A stretch of 24,711 bases of DNA, taken from assembly GCA_964471735.1 (NCBI GenBank), contig CAYYGY010000001.1:1-24711 (forward strand), written 5' to 3'. Positions 8,687 to 16,228 of this stretch are shown here, piece by piece. Each line of letters opens with the position of its first letter. The first letter of the stretch is position 1. The notes under the pieces were generated by a model. It was not told the DNA's origin. It searched no databases and was given only the letters and a program-made list of their open reading frames with translations. This DNA is from an uncultured Eubacteriales bacterium (GTDB lineage: Bacteria; Bacillota; Clostridia; Oscillospirales; Acutalibacteraceae). A program made the translations under genes and the position numbers.

Positions 8687-10015
8687 ATGAAGCAGATAAC
8701 CGAAATATTAAGGCCGGTAAAGCGTTCGCGCGGTGGCCAACGACCGGACCACCGCAAATCAACCGCTGAACTTGAAAGCGTTTATTTTACTCCCGACGAG
8801 GTCGTTATTCCGCTGTTGATGCACATCGGGGCACCGTGTGAGCCATTGGTGAAAAAAGGGGACCGAGTGCTGGCAGGTCAGCTTATAGCCGACTCTGACA
8901 GTCCGATGAGCGCACCTATACACGCAAGCATAACGGGAACGGTCAAGGACATCGCACCCATCAGCCTGCCAAACGGCAGAACCGTCGCCGCCGTAACAAT
9001 TGAGGCAGACCAAAGCGGCGAGGTATATCCCGTAAGCGTGCCCAAGGCAAGCGACACAGATGCATTTATCGAGGCAGTACACGACAGCGGGCTTGTCGGT
9101 CTGGGCGGTGCGGGGTTCCCCGCCGCCGTTAAGCTCAAGCCGAGCGGCAAGCAGATAGACACCCTTGTTATAAACGCCGCTGAGTGCGAGCCGTTTATAA
9201 CCGCAGATTACAGAGAGTGCCTTGAGTGTGCCGATTCCATAATGGACGGCGTTTATATGCTGACAAAACAACTGAAGCTGTCAAACGTTATTATCTGCGT
9301 CGAGGATAACAAGCCAAAAGCGATCGAGGTCCTTGCAAATATCGCTGCGGCGGACGACAGAGTTGACGACAAGGTAAAACTGATGAAACTGCCGTCGTCG
9401 TACCCGCAGGGCGCAGAAAAGGTGCTGGTATACTCAGCAACAGGACGCACCGTTCCCGCCGGCGGCCTTCCTGCCGATGTGGGATGCATAGTAATGAACA
9501 TTACCAGCGTTTCGTTTCTGGGTAAGTATTTTAAAACGGGTATGCCGCTGATATCAAAGCGCGTAACTGTTGCAGGCGACGCTGTTAAAGAGCCGAAAAA
9601 CGTTATAGTCCCCATCGGGACAAGGATAAAGGATATAATTGAGTTTTGCGGCGGCTGTTCACAGCCCGTTAAAAAGCTGATACAGGGTGGCCCGATGATG
9701 GGCACCGCCATCAGTGACGACGCTCTGCCCATAATGAAAGCAGGCAACGCCGTGCTGGCCTTTGGGGAAAAGATGGCCGCACCGCCTGAGATAACTGCCT
9801 GCATACGCTGCGGCAGATGTGTAAACACCTGCCCGATGAACCTTATGCCGGTTCAGATAGAGCAGGCGCTGATGGCGGACAACACAGACAAACTGGTTAA
9901 ACTCAACGTCTTATGCTGTATGGAGTGCGGCTGTTGCGCTTACGGTTGTCCGGCGCGCCGACCGCTCGTTCAGTCGATGCGGCTCGCTAAGCAAAAGGTT
10001 AGGGGGCGAAAATAA
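8687..10015 (+). CDS. rnfC: Rnf complex subunit C
   Basis: HIGAP, GLGGAGFP, NAAECEP, YPQGAEK, GGPMMG and two 4Fe-4S motifs (CIRCGRC...CP, CMECGCC...CP). Confidence 0.97.
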   Translation: MKQITEILRPVKRSRGGQRPDHRKSTAELESVYFTPDEVVIPLLMHIGAPCEPLVKKGDRVLAGQLIADSDSPMSAPIHASITGTVKDIAPISLPNGRTVAAVTIEADQSGEVYPVSVPKASDTDAFIEAVHDSGLVGLGGAGFPAAVKLKPSGKQIDTLVINAAECEPFITADYRECLECADSIMDGVYMLTKQLKLSNVIICVEDNKPKAIEVLANIAAADDRVDDKVKLMKLPSSYPQGAEKVLVYSATGRTVPAGGLPADVGCIVMNITSVSFLGKYFKTGMPLISKRVTVAGDAVKEPKNVIVPIGTRIKDIIEFCGGCSQPVKKLIQGGPMMGTAISDDALPIMKAGNAVLAFGEKMAAPPEITACIRCGRCVNTCPMNLMPVQIEQALMADNTDKLVKLNVLCCMECGCCAYGCPARRPLVQSMRLAKQKVRGRK

Positions 10016-10959
10016 TGGAAAACCTCATAGTTTCAGCGTCACCGCACTGTCACGGCAGTGCTTCAACGCAGAAAATAATGCTTGATGTTATCATCGCGCT
10101 TATGCCTGCGTGCGTGGCAGCAGTTGTCATCTTTGGGCCTGTCAGCCTTGCAATAATAATACTCAGCACACTTGCTGCGGTTTTATCCGAGTATGTTTCA
10201 CGCAGGATAATGAAACGCAGTAACACGGTAGGTGACCTTTCTGCCGCCGTGACAGGCATTTTGGTTGCAATGAATATGCCTGCCACCGTTCATGCCTTGT
10301 GGATGGCGCCGCTGGGAAGTGTGATTGCCATCGTTGTTATAAAACAGCTTTTCGGCGGTTTGGGAATGAACTTCGTCAACCCTGCAATTGCCGGAAGGAT
10401 AGCCGTTATGATGAGCTTTACCGGTATGATGTCAATGTGGCCGACGCCGTTTTACTGGCTGGGCAACACGGCGGCCGACGCGGCTACCTGCCCGACACCG
10501 CTTAGTGACACCACGATATCCTTAAACGCCGTCGATATGCTTTTCGGCGTGCGCGGCGGCTGTCTTGGCGAAACCTGTGCTGTGGCGCTTATAGCAGGCG
10601 GTATCTACCTTGTTTTACGTAAGGTAATAACTCCGCTCATACCGACGGTGTTCGTGGGAACAACGGTTTTGATGATGTGGGCGTTCGGCGCAGACCCGAT
10701 ACAGCAGCTTTTATCGGGCGGACTGTTGCTTGGTGCAATATTTATGGCTACCGATTATGTTACGACACCGTCGACCAAGCGCGGTCAGGTAGTGTTTGCG
10801 GTCGGGTGCGGCCTTATAACGGCAGTTATCCGCCGTTTCGGCAGTATGACCGAGGGCGTAAGCTTTGCCATTATTCTTATGAATATACTAGTCCCGCATA
10901 TAGACAACATTTTCACCCGCCGCCCCTTCGGCGCTCGGAAGGAGGGGGCAAAACAGTGA
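10015..10959 (+). CDS. rnfD: Rnf complex subunit D
   Basis: SASPH, KQLFGGLGMNFVNPA, GCLGET and FMATDYVTTP motifs; polytopic membrane protein. Confidence 0.97.
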   Translation: MENLIVSASPHCHGSASTQKIMLDVIIALMPACVAAVVIFGPVSLAIIILSTLAAVLSEYVSRRIMKRSNTVGDLSAAVTGILVAMNMPATVHALWMAPLGSVIAIVVIKQLFGGLGMNFVNPAIAGRIAVMMSFTGMMSMWPTPFYWLGNTAADAATCPTPLSDTTISLNAVDMLFGVRGGCLGETCAVALIAGGIYLVLRKVITPLIPTVFVGTTVLMMWAFGADPIQQLLSGGLLLGAIFMATDYVTTPSTKRGQVVFAVGCGLITAVIRRFGSMTEGVSFAIILMNILVPHIDNIFTRRPFGARKEGAKQ

Positions 10960-11486
10960 AATCAATGATAAGATCGGCCTTGGTGCTGACGGTTGTCGGT
11001 CTTTTGGTCACGCTTGCCGTTGCCGGTGTCAATATGCTGACTGAGGAAACCATAGCACAAAACGAGGCCAAAGCGGCGCAGGAAAGTATGCGACAGCTTT
11101 TGCCCAATGCAGAGTTTAAGGAGATTTCCTTTGCCGACAGCGAAAGCCTTGCGGCGTACAGCGCAGGCGAAAGCGGGTATATCTTCATAACGTCTGATAC
11201 AGGCTACGGCGGCGAGGTCAAGGTTATGACCGCAGTCGACCCTGACGGAAAGGTTGCGGGTGTAACGGTGCTGGCCTGCGACGATGAGACCCCCGGTCTG
11301 GGTCAAAACTGTAAGGACCCCGAATTTACCGACCAGTTTAAAGGTCAGCAAAATGAGGTCGCCTTTACCAAAGACGGCGGCGACATCGTTGCCATAACAA
11401 GCGCGACCTACACATCTGACGCAGTAAAGGAAAGTGTAAATGCAGCGCTCAGGGATTATCAAAGGGCAAAGGAGGCGGGCAAATAA
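10956..11486 (+). CDS. rnfG: Rnf complex subunit G (FMN-binding)
   Basis: GTG start overlapping the rnfD stop (GTGA) with GGAGG RBS; N-terminal TM, GYGG, ETPGLG and ITSATYTS motifs. Confidence 0.93.
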   Translation: MKSMIRSALVLTVVGLLVTLAVAGVNMLTEETIAQNEAKAAQESMRQLLPNAEFKEISFADSESLAAYSAGESGYIFITSDTGYGGEVKVMTAVDPDGKVAGVTVLACDDETPGLGQNCKDPEFTDQFKGQQNEVAFTKDGGDIVAITSATYTSDAVKESVNAALRDYQRAKEAGK

Positions 11487-12145
11487 TGAAAGGCTTTGAC
11501 ACCTTGAAAAACGGAATCGTAAAGGAAAATCCTGTTTTCAGGCTTGTGCTCGGCACTTGCCCGACGCTTGCTGTAACGACGGCGGCGTCTAACGGGCTTG
11601 GAATGGGGCTTGCCGCCACCTTTGTTTTGCTTGGCTCAAACATAACGATATCTCTGCTGCGCAAGGTTATCCCCGACAAGGTCAGGATTCCTGCATACAT
11701 AACTATAATCGCCGGCTTCGTAACGGTGGTTCAGATGCTTTGTCAGGCCTTCTTGCCCGCTGTAAATGATGCGCTGGGAATTTATCTTCCGCTTATCGTT
11801 GTTAACTGTATAATCTTGGGCAGAGCTGAGATGTTCGCCCGTAAAAACAGCGTCGGCGCATCGGTGCTTGATGCTCTGGGTATGGGTATAGGCTTTACGG
11901 CCGCGCTTGTGCTGATGGGTATGATACGTGAGATCATCGGCGCAGGCTCAATATTCGGGCTTGACATAACCGGCGGCTTTGGAATGACTCTGCTTATTTT
12001 ACCGCCGGGCGGCTTTTTCGTCTACGGCGTGCTGATAGCCCTTGCAAACAAACTGGCAAAGCGCCTTGACCAACCCGTAAAGCAGGAGTGCGGCAACTGT
12101 GCCGGCTGTGGACTTTGCGAGGGAAAGGGGGCAGATGAACAGTGA
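11486..12145 (+). CDS. rnfE: Rnf complex subunit E
   Basis: ENP...LGTCPTLAVT, VRIP, PLIVVNCIILGRAE and LPPGGF motifs. Confidence 0.97.
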   Translation: MKGFDTLKNGIVKENPVFRLVLGTCPTLAVTTAASNGLGMGLAATFVLLGSNITISLLRKVIPDKVRIPAYITIIAGFVTVVQMLCQAFLPAVNDALGIYLPLIVVNCIILGRAEMFARKNSVGASVLDALGMGIGFTAALVLMGMIREIIGAGSIFGLDITGGFGMTLLILPPGGFFVYGVLIALANKLAKRLDQPVKQECGNCAGCGLCEGKGADEQ

Positions 12146-12732
12146 AAGAACTGCTCAGAATCTTCTTTTCTGCCGTCTTTACGCAGAACTTTGTTTTAGT
12201 TCAGTTTTTGGGTATTTGCCCGTTCCTCGGCGTTTCTAAAAAGACAGATACTGCCGTTTCGATGAGTCTTGCGGTAACACTCGTAATGGTCATCGCCACC
12301 GCCGCAACGTGGCCCATATACCACCTTTTGCTTAAGCCGTACTCACTTGAGTATCTGGAAACCATAGTGTTTATCCTTGTAATTGCGGCGCTTGTCCAGC
12401 TTATCGAGATGTTTATTAAGAAATTCTCGCCGCCGCTTTACGATGCGCTGGGAATCTATCTTCCGCTCATAACCACTAACTGCGCTGTTTTGGGCGTTAC
12501 TATGCTTAACATAACCGACGCGCTCGGCTTTGGTGCGTCGCTTGTAAATTCGCTGGGCGCCGGCATCGGTTTTATGGTTGCGATGCTGTTGTTTTCGGGC
12601 GTTCGCGGTCGGTTGGAGTCCGCCGACATACCGAAATCTCTGCGCGGCTTGCCTATAACACTCATTGCCGCATCGGTCGTGGCACTGTCGTTTCTGGGCT
12701 TCGGCGGCGTAGTAGAGAACATTTTTGCATAA
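12142..12732 (+). CDS. rnfA: Rnf complex subunit A
   Basis: NFVLVQFLGICPFLGVS and LGIYLPLITTNCAVLG motifs; GTG start overlapping the rnfE stop. Confidence 0.97.
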   Translation: MKELLRIFFSAVFTQNFVLVQFLGICPFLGVSKKTDTAVSMSLAVTLVMVIATAATWPIYHLLLKPYSLEYLETIVFILVIAALVQLIEMFIKKFSPPLYDALGIYLPLITTNCAVLGVTMLNITDALGFGASLVNSLGAGIGFMVAMLLFSGVRGRLESADIPKSLRGLPITLIAASVVALSFLGFGGVVENIFA

Positions 12733-12745
12733 GGGGGAGTTTTTT

Positions 12746-13531
12746 ATGATGGAAATTTTAACACCTGTTATTATTGTTTCGGTCATAGGCCTCCTTGCCG
12801 GAATCATTCTTGCCGTTGCGGGCAAAGTGTTTGCCGTTGAGGTAGACGAGAACATTGAAAAAGTCGTCGAGATCTTGCCGGGCGCAAACTGCGGCGGATG
12901 CGGATACAGCGGTTGCGAAGGCTACGCTGCGGCAGTCGTTAAGGGCGAAAAAACGACCTTGTGCGGTGCAGGCGGCCCTGAAACAGCAAAGAAAATTGCC
13001 GAGATTCTAGGTGTCAGTGCAGGCGAGTTTGTTAAAACTGCCGCCGTCGTGCGTTGCAAGGGCGATAAGGACAGCGCTGTGGCTAAATACGAATATATGG
13101 GGCTTAGGTCTTGCGCCGCCGCCGCTCAACTGGACAACGGCCCGTCGGCGTGTCGATTTGGCTGTATCGGTCTGGGCGACTGTGTTGCTGTCTGCGAAGA
13201 GAACGCAATAAGGCTGGTAAACGGCGTCGCAAAGGTGGACACTGATGCTTGCAAAGCCTGCGGCAGGTGTGCCGCTGTATGCCCCCACGCGGTTATTAAA
13301 ATCTTACCCGTAGGAAAAAGTGCAGTTACCTGTAAAAGCAACGATAAAGGCGCCGTTACAAGAAAAAACTGCACTGCAGGCTGTATCGGCTGCAGCAAAT
13401 GTGTTAAGGAATGTCCTCAGCACGCGATAACCGTGACCGATTTTCTGGCTGAAATAGACAGCGAAAAGTGCAACGGCTGCAACAAATGCGCCGAGGTCTG
13501 TCCTGTTAAAGCAATATCGCCAATACAGTAA
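12746..13531 (+). CDS. rnfB: Rnf complex subunit B (polyferredoxin)
   Basis: N-terminal TM, LPGANCGGCGYSGC, and several CxxCxxCxxxC(P) motifs; start ATG 12746 after AAGGGGGAG. Confidence 0.96.
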   Translation: MMEILTPVIIVSVIGLLAGIILAVAGKVFAVEVDENIEKVVEILPGANCGGCGYSGCEGYAAAVVKGEKTTLCGAGGPETAKKIAEILGVSAGEFVKTAAVVRCKGDKDSAVAKYEYMGLRSCAAAAQLDNGPSACRFGCIGLGDCVAVCEENAIRLVNGVAKVDTDACKACGRCAAVCPHAVIKILPVGKSAVTCKSNDKGAVTRKNCTAGCIGCSKCVKECPQHAITVTDFLAEIDSEKCNGCNKCAEVCPVKAISPIQ

Positions 13532-13547
13532 TTATCTCCATAAAACG

Positions 13548-13587
13548 ATCCCCCTGATACGGACGATTTCCGTATCAGGGGGATTTT
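13548..13587. terminator. Likely bidirectional terminator between convergent rnfB and rbr
   Basis: 16-bp stem ATCCCCCTGATACGGA/TCCGTATCAGGGGGAT with short A/T flanks. Confidence 0.85.
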
Positions 13588-13596
13588 AAATATTGA

Positions 13597-14133
13597 TTAA
13601 TAGTTTTCTTCTTTCAGTTCGAAGTATGCCTGAGGATGGGCACATACAGGGCAAACCTCGGGTGCGGCGGTGCCAACGACGATGTGTCCGCAATTGCGGC
13701 ACTCCCAAACTTTTACGGTGCTCTTTTCAAAGACTTGCTTCATGTTAACATTGTTTAACAGTGCGCGGTAACGCTCTTCGTGGTGCTTTTCGATTTCGGC
13801 GACCATTCTGAACTTAACAGCGAGGTCGTGGAAGCCCTCTTTATCAGCGGTTTCTGCAAAACCGGCATACATATCCGTCCACTCATAGTTTTCGCCTGAG
13901 GCGGCCGCCTCAAGGTTCTTTGCAGTGTCGTGAAGCCCGTCAAGCTCTTTAAACCAAAGCTTTGCGTGCTCTTTTTCATTTTCGGCAGTCTTGAGGAAAA
14001 GGGCAGCTATCTGCTCATAGCCCTCTTTCTTCGCCTTGGATGCGAAATATGTGTACTTGTTGCGAGCCTCCGATTCGCCTGAAAAGGCGGCCATAAGATT
14101 CTTTTCGGTTTGTGTTCCTGCGTACTTTGACAT
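13597..14133 (-). CDS. rbr: Rubrerythrin
   Basis: [23 protein letters not shown] and EKHHE di-iron motifs with a C-terminal rubredoxin domain (WECRNCG, CPVCAHP); AAGGAGG RBS. Confidence 0.96.
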   Translation of the reverse strand: MSKYAGTQTEKNLMAAFSGESEARNKYTYFASKAKKEGYEQIAALFLKTAENEKEHAKLWFKELDGLHDTAKNLEAAASGENYEWTDMYAGFAETADKEGFHDLAVKFRMVAEIEKHHEERYRALLNNVNMKQVFEKSTVKVWECRNCGHIVVGTAAPEVCPVCAHPQAYFELKEENY

Positions 14134-14195
14134 TTTAAGTCCTCCTTGACTAATTTAAAATTTATTTTCTCACCTTAACAGGTGAATTATTCCTG

Positions 14196-14687
14196 TTATA
14201 TGCCAAACAGACTGGGCATTAAGTAGAGAAGAATGGTCATTATCAGTCCCGCCGCAGCCACTCCGGCGGCTATTGCAGGCAGAGAACGTTTTATTCGCAT
14301 ATTGAGAAAGTTTGCAACCAGCGCACCCGTCCATGCACCTGTTCCGGGCAGCGGAATAGCAACCAGAGTAAACAGACCGAAAAGCTCATAGCGGCTCAGC
14401 TTTTTGCTGTTTTTTTCGGCCTTACGGTCAAGCCAGTCAACTATCTTTTTCAGAAAAGGTATCTTCCTCATCAGCTTGAAAACGTGTTTAAGAAAAAGCA
14501 ACAAAAACGGTATCGGAAGCATATTTCCGATATAGCTTATCAAAAACGCGACCAACAGGTTCATATCATACAGCCTTGCGGCGATCATACCGCCCCTTAT
14601 TTCCGACACGGGCAAAAGCGACAGTATAAACACAACAGCCTCGTTAGAAAATATTCCGTCTAGAAATTGCTTAATTGCATCTGACAC
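14196..14687 (-). CDS. COG2426 'small multi-drug export' family membrane protein
   Basis: LPVSEIRGG, GNMLPIPF and VAIPLPGTGAWTGAL motifs; GTG start at 14687 behind AGGAGTGA. Confidence 0.88.
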   Translation of the reverse strand: MSDAIKQFLDGIFSNEAVVFILSLLPVSEIRGGMIAARLYDMNLLVAFLISYIGNMLPIPFLLLFLKHVFKLMRKIPFLKKIVDWLDRKAEKNSKKLSRYELFGLFTLVAIPLPGTGAWTGALVANFLNMRIKRSLPAIAAGVAAAGLIMTILLYLMPSLFGI

Positions 14688-14697
14688 GGTATCACTC

Positions 14698-16206
14698 CTA
14701 ATTTGATGACGCCGTACCTTGCGAAACGGTGTCTGAATTTGTGTCGGCGGACTCGCTTGTCGCGTTCTCGGCGTCCTCCTCCCCTTCAACTATCTCAATG
14801 ACTGAATTCGAGGTCATACGCGCCATTACAACGACGTAATTGTTATCCGATGTTTCGCCGATAAGTGTGACAAAGTTGGTGCCTAAGCCGACGTTGTCGA
14901 AATCCTCAGGCGCAAAGCCAAAGTCGACAGCAGACAAGCTCAGCGCTTTTTTGACGGCCTTTATTCGGTTTTCTACGTTCATATCAGAGAAGTTATCTAT
15001 AAACTCGCTGTCAAGCGAGTCGCACACAAAGGCGCTGAATATCGCCCACTCGTCCTCGCCGTAAAGGATAGAGTCTGTCTTAATGCTGTTGATGTTTTCG
15101 GCGGTCGACGGGTCTGTAAGCTGTTCGAGCTTTGCAAACAGCTCACCGCCGTAAACGACCATATTCGGCAGAGAGGTGCTCTCGTCGTATTTTTCTGAAA
15201 TATACGGTGTTCCGTCAAAATCAAATCTGCCGTCATAGCGGTGATTTGTGTAGAATCCTTCCTCTTTGCTCGCCGCTGAAACAATAGGCAGATTTATACC
15301 GATGCCGTTGACTTTTACCACGCCTATAATATCGCTGTTTTGCAAATAAAGCGCACCGAAGCGTGTAAGATGTGTGGTGCTGAAATCCTCAGGTAACAGT
15401 TCGGTGTCACCGACGTCGCCGTATTCAGCCATAAGGCTTGAGTAATAGTTCGTGCTGCCGGCAAAGTAAGGAATGACAAACCAGTAACAGCCGGCGGCAA
15501 TAATAAGCACCGCAAGTATCACGCACACAACAGGCACCCATCTGCGTCTGGGCGGCTGATCCATTAAAAAATCTATGTCGTCAGCCGACATATCTGCAAA
15601 AATATCATATTCACCGTCTGCTTGTTTAATGTCTGGTTGGGCGGCATAATCGTGTTGCGATATCGGTTCAGGCTCGGATATCCGCTCGGGTTCGGGTTCA
15701 GGCTCGGATATCCGCTCAGCCTCTGCCGCCTGTGCGACAGCCTCAGGCTCTGTCTCAGCCTCAGGCTGAAAAACCGCCTGTATATAAGGCTGAACATATG
15801 TGTTAAACAAATGCTCAACGGCGCTTTCGTCGTTGTCGAGCGCGATTATGCACTGCTGACCGCTTTCTAATATCATACCGTATACGCTTCCCTCTACCGT
15901 CAGCGGCAAGGCGCCTGCGGGCAAGGCCGCTTCTGCATCACCCGATATGCCGAACTGCGACCAGTCAACTGTCTCAAGCGGCAGACCGAGTCCTTTTGCC
16001 AGTGTCTTAGACAGAGTGGTAACAGGACCGACAGCGATGCAAACATCGCTTTTGCTTATGGAGGCGGCAAGGGCGGTCAAAAAGCTTTTTCTGTCCTCGC
16101 CTGAGGAGATTCCGACCTGAGCACATTCGCCCAGTTGTTTTTCAAGCCATTCATTGCGGCCTGATGCGTAATATATAAGTTCTATCAACGTTTTTCCCCC
16201 GTACAT
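14698..16206 (-). CDS. Membrane protein: degenerate CinA/MoCF-like N-domain + TM + catalytically degenerate class B sortase-like domain
   Basis: Aligns by eye with the upstream fusion gene: RFGALYLQNSDIIGVV vs RFADLIEQNDEVVGWL; NMVVYGG vs NITIYGH; FVTLIGE...YVVVMAR vs ILTLSTC...RCVVVAR; TM WVPVVCVILAVLIIAAGCYWFV. Alternative TTG start at 16188. Confidence 0.7.
   Translation of the reverse strand: MYGGKTLIELIYYASGRNEWLEKQLGECAQVGISSGEDRKSFLTALAASISKSDVCIAVGPVTTLSKTLAKGLGLPLETVDWSQFGISGDAEAALPAGALPLTVEGSVYGMILESGQQCIIALDNDESAVEHLFNTYVQPYIQAVFQPEAETEPEAVAQAAEAERISEPEPEPERISEPEPISQHDYAAQPDIKQADGEYDIFADMSADDIDFLMDQPPRRRWVPVVCVILAVLIIAAGCYWFVIPYFAGSTNYYSSLMAEYGDVGDTELLPEDFSTTHLTRFGALYLQNSDIIGVVKVNGIGINLPIVSAASKEEGFYTNHRYDGRFDFDGTPYISEKYDESTSLPNMVVYGGELFAKLEQLTDPSTAENINSIKTDSILYGEDEWAIFSAFVCDSLDSEFIDNFSDMNVENRIKAVKKALSLSAVDFGFAPEDFDNVGLGTNFVTLIGETSDNNYVVVMARMTSNSVIEIVEGEEDAENATSESADTNSDTVSQGTASSN
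15665..15717. repeat. Exact 23-bp direct repeat with 30-bp period (ERISEPEP twice)
   Basis: GGTTCAGGCTCGGATATCCGCTC at 15665-15687 and 15695-15717. Confidence 0.9.
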
Positions 16207-16228
16207 ATTATAAATCTATCTTCTCGAT

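Noticed and set aside
10677..10955. 93-codon N-terminal extension of rnfG in the ORF track
   Set aside because: Overlaps rnfD; the real start is GTG 10956 with an RBS and a TM anchor right after.
14170..14186. Small hairpin TCACCT-taac-AGGTGA upstream of rbr
   Set aside because: Only a 6-bp stem; too weak to call as a terminator or operator, and no PerR/Fur box was recognised.
14688..14789. Upstream extension of the COG2426 ORF
   Set aside because: Overlaps the preceding gene; a good RBS supports GTG 14687.
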